Assembly (NCBI GenBank): GCA_043228905.1
Contig: JBHGNT010000009.1
Coordinates: 11,842,001-11,906,000 of the forward strand
From: Azolla caroliniana
Taxonomy: Eukaryota > Plantae > Polypodiophyta
Reading direction: 5' to 3'
Length of the DNA: 64,000 nt
Below, piece by piece: positions 11,895 through 23,110 of this stretch. Every line of letters begins with the position of its first letter. The first letter of the stretch is position 1. Position numbers and translations under genes: made by a program. Under the pieces are notes generated by a model. It saw only the letters and a program-made list of their open reading frames with translations, was not told the origin of the DNA and did not search any database.

Positions 11895-13934
11895 CTTGAT
11901 CGTGTTTTCTATTTCATGCATTAGCAGTTCTAGAATTTTACCAACCCAAAATTGGTGGCCATGTGAGTTCTCATCAGCCGGCGTTGCAATCAACATCCCT
12001 GCCGTGAGCTCTTGCAAATTGCCTTGCCATCTAGCTTCGGCTGCTTTGGTCATCCTTGGTCCCACATAAATGTCTCTTTGTTGTGGATGGACCAAACTGT
12101 CATTAATCGCATTTGTTGGTTGCTCCGGAGTTCTATTTACACAATCATGTTGCAGCGACCATGTGAATGGCGTTTCCAAATTCCAATTATCACCAAATAT
12201 ACAATTGTCTATAATTCCTTTCTGATCACTATAAAATACATCCCACCATGATGTTTCTTGTTGTTCGGCATATTTCTTGGCGGCCTCAATATGCTTTCTT
12301 TTTTCTTCTAAGGCTTGGAGCCATAACCGTTTTTGTTCCAATACCAAGTCACTCTGCAACTGTCCTTTCTTCTCAATTGGCATTTGCTTAGCTCCATGGA
12401 CAATTGTACTCGGCATACAAAGTAATAACTAGCAACCACCTTCAAGTTCCCATGCTGTAGAAGATGAATATTGTTTAGCATACAAAAGCGTAGAACCACT
12501 TATTTCATTTTTCTTTATCATAAAAATGTGATTGAAGCTTATATTGTTTAACTAGGTGAGCACTTTAACATTCCCAACACCCCCATATGATATATATCTC
12601 TTAAAGTCATATACCTCCTTCAAGTGTAACACTTTTCGGCGTGGTGTATATGCATCACAAATGACATCAAATAGTTTACGTAATGTGAAAGCATCATGCC
12701 GAGACAACTGTCTAGAGAATGTGCTAAACATTTGATCTATATGATCATGTGTGTGGCCAACCAAAAGAAAATTGACTTTCACTTTTCTAAACAATCCTTG
12801 GTTGACCAACATACTTAGATAGCCAAACACAGTTGAATTTTTGTTCTCTCTAGTAGTATTGTCCAATTGAATGTATAGAACAGGGGGGAAAGGTTGGCCC
12901 CAAGACATCAAAACTCGGTGAATCATTGTAACTGTAGAAATGATAACATTTACGTGGAATGATAACATTTGAAAACCAAGCTCTCCATAATCTTGTGAAT
13001 TGGTTATATGTGACAAACTTATTACGTGAGCCCACCATATCAGATCGATAGACATCATAAACTTCCCGATGTGTGTAATTATCAGAGAGGTGCATCCTAC
13101 CTGTAGTGGGCATTACTTCACAATTTAATTGAAAGTAACTTTTCATCCAACCAATAGCATGTTTTCCAATTGCACCTTTCATACTTAGAACCTCTTTACG
13201 ATTAAGCATCGGATCCCCGCTAAGTAGACGTTGTTGTACTCTATGTAGCCGCATGTTACTGACACATAACACAATTTTGCATGCAACTCTACATATCTGT
13301 TGCGCATGGAAGATATAATACTCGAATGATACTTTGATCCCCGTACATTTGTCAAACACTAGTTGCATATGTGACCCGAGGTAAGTGTCTTGCCCATCAC
13401 CAGTCATCGAAAAATAGTATCGCCTTAATTCTCGCAACTTTGATTTTCCAATCATAGACATACAACCACGGGCACAACATATTTTTTTGACATCAAATCC
13501 AATCTGTTTATCTGATGTCACCAAGTTAAATCTAGCCAAATGAATTCTTTGTGGGATTCTTCTAATATGCATAGGGCTTCCAGATTTCTCTTCCTACATA
13601 GAAGTTGGTGTAACCTTGTTACTATCCAATTCTTTGTTGTGACCATCGCCCATGATATTCCATGTTTCATTGGCACTACCTTCATTCTCCGTATCTTTAT
13701 TAATATCGTATTCTTCAATAGAGAACTCTTCACATGTGTCATTATTCACATTCGTTGTAGAGGTGAAGATGAGCTCAGACAATACTCTTCGATAGAATAT
13801 GGTGAGTATGTCCACAGAAAATATTCTTCAATAGAAAATGGTGAGTCTGTCGACAAACAATACTCTTCAGTAGAAAACGAAGAGTCTGATGACAAACAAT
13901 ATTCTTCAATCGAGAACGGTGAATCTTCACTCAT
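11895..13934 (-). pseudogene. DUF7869-type (Sola-like) DNA transposase, frameshifted and partly deleted
   Basis: Core motifs are LYIQLDNTTRENKN...FLLVGHTHDHIDQMFS. The upstream region reads CC..GC, QICRVAC, W...YF..NCEVMP and FTRLWRAWFSNVIIPRK; the downstream region reads FWVGKIL. It is split over ORFs 12850..13572, 12552..13058 and 11883..12416. Confidence 0.75.
13781..13934 (-). repeat. 39-bp in-frame tandem repeat (DSPFSIEEYCLS-like, 4 copies) at the transposase N-terminus
   Basis: aatactcttc/aatattcttc recurs every 39 bp; see ORF 13746..13934. Confidence 0.8.
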
Positions 13935-14592
13935 GGCTTAAGGTCTACACAGAGCTCTTTAAGTTATGTGCTTAGGCTAAGGCAAAAAACTAATAAGCTC
14001 CTCTCTAAACATAAACTCCTCTCTAAACAGAAGCTCCCTGAATATAATGTCTATATTATTTAATATTATCTTAATACAATACATAAAAAATATTATTTTT
14101 AATATAATAATTGTATTCAACATATTAATAATTACTTAAACTAGTTTGTATGAAGTTAAATCAAGTATAATATAATTACAATCATTACTAAGCCATATAT
14201 ATGTTGGATTAAAGTTAAAATCATTGGTTAATTAATGGCACCCATATTTAATATAGAACTTCTCAATCATTGGTTCATTCATGCCCACCATTTTAAATAT
14301 AAGACTTTTCAATCATTAGTTCATTCATGCCCACATCTCTAATACAAAGCAATTAAGAGTCATAAAAATGTTGCTTTCAGTAATCAATCATTGGTTCATT
14401 CATGACCTTCAAAGTCATTGTAAGTTATTTTGACTATAAAATATTCATCAATATGTTAGTTTGACTTTGTAATCATTGATCCAATCATAAGCAACTCTGG
14501 TTAAAGTGACTGTGGCTACTAACTAACTAACCTCAAGCTTGCCAACCCTGGTTAAAGTGATTGTGGTTACTTTAACCACTGTGGTCGATCCC

Positions 14593-14600
14593 TATAAATA
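14593..14600 (+). promoter_or_regulatory. TATA box of the divergent plus-strand gene
   Basis: CCTATAAATA lies ~100 nt upstream of accATG (14700) and the splice donor CAG|GTAAG (14734/14735). Confidence 0.6.
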
Positions 14601-14780
14601 GGAAGACCTCGTCATATTTCAGTCACACGAAACACAAGAGCACACAGAGCATGAAGCACGAAAGCGAGATCTCCGCCTAAAACTTGACAAATATCAACCA
14701 TGTCTTCAAAGAAAATCGAGCGTCAGGACTCCAGGTAAGCCTCTAACATTGTGGACATTTTTGTAAATATGTTTTAGCAT

Positions 14781-15470
14781 CAGGAACTCGATACGGCGTA
14801 TCGAGTTCTTGTGTAAAACACAAACTTTATACAGGAACTCGATACGACGTATCGAGTTCTTGTGTGAAATTTAGGTTTTATATAGGAACTTGATACGACG
14901 TATCGAGGTCTTGTTTAAAGTTTTTGTTTTAAAGAGGAACTCGACACCCCGTATCGAGTTCCTATATTATGTTTGCGTTTTAAATAGGAACTCGATACGC
15001 CGTATCGAGTTGTTGTATTATGTTTGCGTTTTAAACAGGAACTCAATATGCTGTATCGAGTTGTTGTATTTTGTTTGCGTTTTAAACAGGAACTCGATAC
15101 GCCGTATCGAGTTCCTGTATTTTGTTTGCGTTTTAAACATGAACTCGATACACTGTATTTTCCTGTATATAGTGTGTGTTTTAAACAGGAACTCGATACG
15201 CCGTATCGAGTTCTTGTGTTATGTAACTCTTTTACAAAGGAACTCGATACAGTGTATCGAGCTCCTGTATTAGGTTTGTGTATTATAGATGGACTCGATA
15301 TGGCGTAACGAGTCCCTGTATAAAGTTCCTATTTTATACAGGAACTCGATACGGTGTATCAAGTTCCTGTGTAAAGTATGTGTTTGATACACGAACTCAA
15401 TACCCTGCATCGATTTCATGTATAGACACGAACTATATACAAGAACACGATATGGTGTATCGAGTTCATG
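14781..15470. repeat. Array of 14 x 31-bp palindromes (CAGGAACTCGATAC-nnn-GTATCGAGTTCCTG) with ~20-bp AT-rich spacers, ~51-bp period
   Basis: Units start at 14781, 14832, 14883, 14934, 14985, 15036, 15087, 15138, 15186, 15237, 15288, 15339, 15390 and 15440. Confidence 0.95.
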
Positions 15471-16340
15471 TATAAAACAAGAACTTTAAAGAGGAATATT
15501 GTGTCTTTCGGGCAACAATTTAGTATTGTGTGAAAAGATATCAAACTTTTTGTCAAAATCATTCTTTTTTTAGGGTGATTTGCCTTATTTTGTAACAAAT
15601 AGGGGCCTTAATTATAGAGGTTTTATGACCTAGTATAGCTTAAAATAGTAGAAAATAACCCACAAATTACCTTTACGATACCAAATTCAAGTCTATCATA
15701 TGCAAATTCTCTAGAATCAATATAAGCCATACCTATCCTTCAAGACAATATATATCCTTGTATAGTTATTAAGATATATATTTTCTAATTTGAATAGCCC
15801 TTACTAGAATGGATTTCTGAATAAAGGACTACCGTGTTCACACAATGCATGATTGATATTTATAGTTTACCACAAATCGCATGCTAGTTTATGTCTTCAT
15901 CTAATTATTTGTATTTTAATATACAAATTTAATCTACGTGACTACCTAACTTATGTTTTCACATGTCCTTTCTTAAATAGGTCGTTTGAGAACTTGTCTG
16001 ACCGACCTGTGAAGAAGATAAAGCTCTGCATACAAGGTTCTCCAATTGAAACACAGACCCTAATAGCTCCCGAGAACATGAAGAGAGGAAAAAAGCTTCT
16101 CTTCAACGAGGAGACAAAATCTCAACCACATTGAAGTTAGCCAAAAGAAACTATTAGTAGGTACTGGTAGTGAAGACCTTCCTGACCGTGATCTAACAGA
16201 CAAGGAATGATGTATGCAATACGTCGACTCCAAGAAAAAAGTCGTATTGTATACAACAAAGAAGAAGGGCGAGGGGCAGCTTGAAAATGAAACCCCATTT
16301 ATGTATGGCCGTAATCTATGATTTGACTACGAAGATGCAG

Positions 16341-19300
16341 TATTAGAGATCTAGGTACTAAAGTAAGCTTAAGATAAGGATAAAGTATTGATAGATAGAA
16401 AGGAGAAAGAGAAAGAGGAGTGTTGATCCACCCGACCACCCTCGAGCGAAGGGATCGAGACGGACTCGAGCCTCGATCGACGTCCCATACCACCGCCGTG
16501 GCGTCGAGTCGTACCTGGTGTTGGCGTGCTCGCTACAAGAGTTGACCCACCACAAGAGCAGAGTCTCGATGTAGTCAAAAGATGATCAAATGAGGGTAGC
16601 TAGGCCTCTTATTTATAGCGATACCCAAGGCCCCCAGGCAAGTTCACACTTGACCTAATGGGTAGTCTCAATCCCGAGGATTAAAAGTAATCCTCCGCTT
16701 CTTTACACTCTCGTTTAACCCTCACACTTATCCACATGTATCGAATACTACGATAAATTCTCACCACGGGATATTAAATGGTCATGCCCGTAACATACTC
16801 CCCCCTCTTTAAAACATTGCAGTCTTGCAATGGAAAGTTAGGGAAATTAGTTCTGAGAGTATTTTCGCGTTCCCATGTGGCATCTTTTATTGATTTATCC
16901 ATCCATTTTATTTTAAATTCTCGGATTTCTTTAGTACGTAATTTTTTTGTTTTAACATCGAGAATTCTTTTTGGTACATGTGGTTTAGAAGATAATTCTT
17001 CAGAAGTAACCAGAGTTTCAGTTGTAACTGTATTGTCGCCAGAACCTAGAAGCTCTTTTAGACGACTTACATGAAAGACTGGATGAATTCCAACACCATC
17101 GGGAAGAGCGAGACGATAGGTTGATGACCCAATGCGTTTGAGGACTGTAAAAGGTCCACAAAACCGTGGGGCTAACTTAGCGCACTTACCCGTAGACAAT
17201 GTCTTAGAATTGTGAGGTACACATAAAAATACCTTCTGTCCAGGGTTGAATACACGAGGTTGCCTATGATGGTCGGCATAAAAACGCGCTCTATCTTGAG
17301 CTGTTTTTATATTATCTCGTGCAATATGCAACATATCTTGCATATCTCGAAGAAAGTTTTGCGTACTTTGCAACTCATCATGATGTATATTAACATCAAT
17401 CGGGGCTCGTGGTTGAAAACCATACATCAACATAAAAGGACTATATCCTGTCGACATATGCTTGAAGTTGATATAAGCAAACTCCAAATTTGGGAGATAA
17501 CGTTCCCATTTTGTTGGTTTTGCGAAGAACTATTTCAACGGCCTCTTCGAAGGATTTTGGATCCTTATTGTGCACTATCCAGTGATAGTCCGAATTGGGG
17601 ATGCCATTGACAAAACAAGCTATCAACCAATTGTCCCCTTCTAGACCCAATTTTTGGATTTGGGTTCTAGCATGGTGACCACAATCTTCTAGCGAGGAAA
17701 ATTTCCTGCTAGAGAGGTTCATTAAAGCTTGTGCTGCCTCGGTTCGAGAGGGAGGTTGCAGAAATTGGCCCTTAAAAACCGTGACAAAATCTGTCCAGGT
17801 ATCGGGCAATTTCCCCGTTGTACGGTGCCCACGCCACAAGGCGGCAGCCTTACCCCCGAGTTCTCGGCTGACATATGCAATCTTCGTACTATCTGGCGTG
17901 GGATAGAGCTCAAAATGAGACTCCCATCGGCCTAGCCACGTGTAGATTGCTTCTTCGGTTCTTTCCTTTTTGTCTCCCGTAAATGGCTTAACAACAAACG
18001 ATGGTTCACCCTGTCACTCATCAGGTCTATTAGTCTCACGTTGTAGACTAATGACACGTGCCTCGAGAGCACTTTGAGATTGCCGAAGTTCGGTCATCTA
18101 TTGAGCGGTGAAACTAAGGTATTGGGTTATTTGTGCCAAATACATCTCAGTGGACATTTGTCCAGGAGGATTCCCTTGAGTTCCTTCCGCTTGAGCGGAT
18201 GACATCGGGTCGTTAATTTGAGCCATTAAAGATTATTTTTGGAAAAGAAATAGGATAAGGTCAGAGAGATAGTCATAACATCATGTCGTGATGTAAACAT
18301 ATCATGGGCAAACATTAATCGATATCATGATCTCACGTCAATACCCCTCTAGACGTATGAGATGAGGTTCAAGATCAAGTTACTATGGTAACACAAAGGT
18401 GTTTTAAAAACCATGGGGGTGACAAAGAAATATCTTTCCCTAATCTCTATATCGATTTTTTCATGGTGGCTCCGCGAGGCTCAACCATGTATGTTCACAT
18501 CATGAATAGTTTATACACGAAAAAAATGTTAACATAAACTATGTTTCGGTGCCCACATATGTGGTTTCGGCTCTTTAAGTCCTATTACGAGGACCCCGAG
18601 CTACACTTGGACCTTAAGTCTGAACATGTGTTATAGTCATATGTATCAAGGATGTTGTATGGTCTTGGTCATATTTGAACTCGAAACCTCGAGAACAAAT
18701 ACATTAAACACTTGAGCCAACCAAGTAAGTTGCGCTTCTCAAATGCTTAATGTTTGATGCGTATAGGAGATATGCGAGGCATTTGATCATATATGTTTTT
18801 TTTAAAAGAACATATATGTCAAGGGTCCATATTTCGCCCTCATTTACCAAAACTATGTTGGTACGTTACCTAACCTCAAGTCTCGTAATTACGATGGCAT
18901 ACGCCAAAGTGCAACCTAATGGTCAAGCCAAATGAGCCCTCGTTTCGTAGTAGGCTCACGTGGCCCATCACATGGTCACGTCATTACGAATGCCTCTCGT
19001 ATGAACGAGCTCATGGTGGCATCGTATCCATGTAACGAGGGAGGGATGTTGGATACGTGTGTCATTGGAGCGACCTCACTTGAAGTGGGTCAAGCCCTAC
19101 GTACTCAACATCATTATGGCTATAGGCGTTTCTTTACGTAACGAAATCGAGGTCATCAACGGGGTTGTCAACAATAAAAAATTGTTGAAAAAGGGATGGT
19201 GACAACGCCATTCTCACAAAAATGTGAGGACGGCCACCAACATCCTTTTCCTGACAAGGACAACTTTCGATATAATCACGTAATAACGAATATACACATA

Positions 19301-20370
19301 TGTTTACTTATCACATATATACGATCAAATACGCATATACGTGACCACATATGCCTATATTAAACATATCGTTATATTAAATAGCCACAAATGGCGTGAT
19401 CGAGATACATAATCGAGGTATATACCTCTACGCACACGAAACATCCACAAATAAGAGATCATCGTAATACGCAATTGAGGTATTGACCTCTTACGCATAC
19501 GAGACCAAACGCATATCCTTTACAATAAATCAAGGTATTAAACTCATACGCAAACGTAACATATGTTCGTGAACGTAATACGTAGTTGAGGTATTAACCT
19601 CGTACGCATACGACACTCATCACATATTATTTATATGTCAAACAAGGTATTGACCTCGTGCACATATGTAAACGCTTTAGATAATCAATTAAAGACCACT
19701 ACAACATCATTGACTTAATGAAAAAAATGACATATAAACTAAACACATGATTAGATGGGAGAAGAGAGAATAGAGAAAAAAAAATACGGAAAGAGTTACC
19801 GAAGTTCTTTGTTGATCATTGTCTGGATCAAGGCCGACTGCATGTCGATCGATCACCATCAATCAAAAGACAAAAGACAAACAAAGAAACATTAGTACAT
19901 AGCTCTGAAACCAATTATTATAGATCTAGGTACTAAAGTAAGCTTAAGATAAGGATAAAGTATTGATAGATAGAAAGGAGAAAGAGAAAGAAGGGTGCCG
20001 ATCCACCCGACCACCCTCGAGCGAAGGGATCGAGACGGACTCGAGCCTCGATCGACGTCCCATACCACCGCCGTGGTGTCAAGTCGTACCTGGTGCTGGT
20101 GCGCTCGCTACAAGAGTTGACCCACCACAAGAGCAGAGTCTTGATGTAGTCAAAAGATGATCAAATGAGGGTAGCTAGGCCTCTTATTTATAGCGATACC
20201 CAAGGCCCCCAGGCAAGTTCACACTTGACCTAATGGGTTGTCTCAATCCCGAGTATTAAAAGTAATCCTCCCCTTCTTTACACTCTCGTTTAATCCTCAC
20301 ACTTATCCACATGTATAGAATACTACGATAAATTCTCACCACGGGATATTAAATGGTCATGCCCGTAACA
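16341..20370 (-). mobile_element. Non-autonomous chromovirus (LTR, long leader, partial gag, integrase tail/chromodomain, LTR) with intact ends
   Basis: 455-bp LTRs at 16341-16795 and 19916-20370, TSD TGCAG on both sides, PBS TGGTTTCAGAGC (iMet-like) at 19902-19913 and PPT at ~16798-16812. Gag remnant ~17480-18225. ORF 16774..17487 has GPF, HPVFHVS and the chromodomain IKW...DATWE. Confidence 0.93.
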
Positions 20371-21399
20371 TGCAGATTCGGCCAACGTACTAGTAACGAT
20401 AGAGTGCTCTAAGGGGGTACGTAAAGTGTTCCTTTCTGAAGCTCTTCTAGTAAAGGAATCTTGTGGGCCAGAAGCTTTCAAAAAAGATCTAGAAAACTCA
20501 CAAAACCTTATTGTTACCTTGAGACCTTATATACAAGGCCATGTAACTCTAAGGGATCCATTACCCTCCCCAGTGAAGGCCACAAAAAAGGGCATCTAAA
20601 GTACAATCAAGACCACCAAAAAAGAAGACCGCCAAAATGTCAGACTCCAACTCATCAAGTGAAAACGAAGATGAGGAGACTAAGGGGACACCAGGAGCTA
20701 AGCTGGCATCGGGTGTGTTGTCATCCGAGTAGAATAAGATACGGAGAGAGTTAATGCAGCGTAAACTGGTCAGGAAAGGGCAAGTGTTTAATTTGCCTAT
20801 AACACACATCCATCGGCCCCCTATTGATGAAAAAAATAGGACGAAGACCACTTGAGATTAGAGAGCCACACCGAATGCATGTTCAAAATCTCAAGAAAAA
20901 AATGAAAATTAATCCTCATGCTACCGTTGTGCCTTTTATTGTTATGGTGGATCCTGAAGAATGTGAAACCATTGAAGATTTTGATATAAGAAAGCATGAT
21001 CAATATAATTACTTTGTCATTGGTGGATCGCATTCAACGAAGGCACGTCGGCAACTTGTCAGAGAACATCCAACGACTTTCTTCTTCAAGTATGCCGAGT
21101 GCAAAGTTTACGTGGGTCTTACAATTGAAGAGGCAAAGTTGTTGGCATGGGACCACAATAACGATAATGACTATAGGCAGAAAATGTCATCGATTGAACG
21201 TATAAGGTTCTTCTACCACGAGTATTTGGACGTCAAACAAAAGTTTTGTGTGAAGCTACATCTAGGGCTACGACGTCAATGCTTGCATGAAGTCGGCATT
21301 GTGGTAGATGATAATGTTAAGTCCGATGGTCTTCGAAAATATGATTCTTGGTTTCAACTGGCCTTTAGAGATGGAGAAGTATGGGACCTACAGGATAAG

Positions 21400-23110
21400 T
21401 GATCGGATGGAAAGCGGCCGGCTCCTCACAGAAGGCGAAGGAGCAGCCTAGTCGGAAGTGTACGGCAAAGAAGGAGACACTGGTGGAAACACCGGTGAGA
21501 CCCTTAAAAATTAATCTGCGCTGGCCCGAACAGCCATCGGAACAACAACAGGAGCAAGAACCCTTGGCGGCGTTAATCAATAGCGGAACCCTAGCAGAGG
21601 AGCAGGAAGAAGAACCTGTCGAGCCCCTATTACGTCGCAAACAGACACGCGACGAGGGCCACAAAGGGGAGGAATCAAGTCCGGTAAGGGACAGTATCCC
21701 AAAGCCCCGCCCCGAGGAGCCGTAGCCCAAGAAGGAGTCAGAACCGGTTCAACTAGCTCTGGTCTTAGAAGCACCTGTGCGGCAAGAAATAGTGGAACCG
21801 GATATTCAAAAACCGGTGATTGAATTGTCGGTGTCGTCGATGCAGCAGCAACAACAAGAATAGGAACTACCACTAACCACCCATAATATGTTCCCGGCGA
21901 GTGATGAGGCCACACCACGACCAGAACCGGCATGACAACATAGCACTGGCAGCCAATGGCTACGGTGGATAGGAGAACAAGTGGCCAGGGTGGTGTGCCA
22001 CATCGAAGCAGAAGAAAGAGCACACGTGGACTAGTTGGTCGCCACAACTGAAGAACTAGAGAAGGTCCAGTCGAGAATCCGGAGCATGGAACAAGAAATG
22101 GAAAAGACCAGAGAAGAGGTGGTTAAGCTGGTCATCGAAGGACCAAAACAATTAGAACCGATGGCACCGGTGAGTGTTCAGAATACTAAGACCCCGGTGA
22201 CTGAAACAATCCCGAATAGGAATAAGGCACAGGACCAAGAACTCGCCACGCTGAAAGAAGAATTGGAAGCCCAAGAGGCCTTAAGGGAGGAAGGAGGCGG
22301 CGAAGGAAGAACAAAAGAAATTAGCCGAAAGCCTCCAGCGAGCCGAAGAAAGCCTGCGAAAAGGTCATCCAACTAAAGGAAGAAAAAGAAAAACTCCTGC
22401 AGGAAAAGGACAAACTCCGGCTCTCGACAGACGTAGAGATCGAGCGATTCAAGGAAGAGCTCCAACAACAAAAGGACCTGGAAGACCATGCTTGCCGTCT
22501 AATCAATCAAAGGCTGAAACAAAAAATGGACGACTTTGATCGGCTGCACTGGGATCACAAACACTTGGATGCGGAACACAAGAAATTGATCACGGAAAGT
22601 GATCGGTAGTAGGAGAAGTTATGGGAACTTTGGGATGCGGTTAACTGGACAGCGGCGACCCTTGCGGAGGAAAAATCGAAGGGGGCTGAAGTAGCGAAAA
22701 TATTGGCGAAAGAACGGATGGAGCTAACCTGGCAGCACTCTGAGGCAACGGAACAAAGTTCAGACTACCTATCAGACATAGCTCATCCACTGCAGAAGCC
22801 AGGAAGCAACAACGACAAGCCTTATCAAACAATTGAAAAACGAAAAACAAGCCGTAGAGAATAAGTCGAAGATGGGGTTGGGGCGAATCCGTGATTTGGT
22901 GCTGACATTGCGAGACCGGACAAAGAGACTGGTGGAAGAAATTTGGGTTCAATGGTGGTCTAAATGGGCTAAGCAGGCGGCGGAGTTACAATTGCTGAGA
23001 GCAGATGTGGAGAACCGGAGGAAGGACGACGACGATTTCTATAAACTGGACGAGGAGAACATTGTAGCCATAAGGGAGGAATTGTCAGACGACTTCCTAT
23101 CGTTAGCCGG
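21400..23110 (+). pseudogene. Degenerate charged/coiled-coil ORF of probable retroelement origin
   Basis: E/K/Q-rich fragments in ORFs 21399..21725, 22035..22376 and 22833..; there is an abrupt compositional change at 21400. Confidence 0.4.

Larger units (their letters stand above)
14700..21400 (+). pseudogene. Spliced gene encoding a ParB/Sulfiredoxin-like domain protein; interrupted by an LTR element (16341-20370) and truncated at ~21400
   Basis: Exon 1 (14700-14734, MSSKKIERQDS) splices in phase to TAG|G at 15981 (RSFENLSDRPVKK..). The frame reads across the excised LTR element (..YEDA|DSANVLV..). 20780-21200 reads VFNLPITHIHRPP..LEIREPH..HVQNLKKKM..PFIVMV..YFVIGGSHSTKARRQL..VYVGLTIEEAKLLAWDHN. 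Confidence 0.65.

Noticed and set aside
14781-15470. A true CRISPR array
   Set aside because: There are no cas genes and the context is a eukaryotic intron. The spacers are only ~20 bp, AT-rich and partly identical (tattatgtttgcgttttaaa), which indicates tandem amplification rather than spacer acquisition.
14890-15475. ORFs 14890..15273, 15024..15308 and 15278..15475
   Set aside because: They are by-products of the 51-bp (17-codon) repeat and lie in a predicted intron.
15500-15610. Right-hand TIR of the transposase element matching ~4216-4320
   Set aside because: Only weak A/T-run similarity, and the spliced gene continues past this point. The true right end is probably lost beyond 21400.
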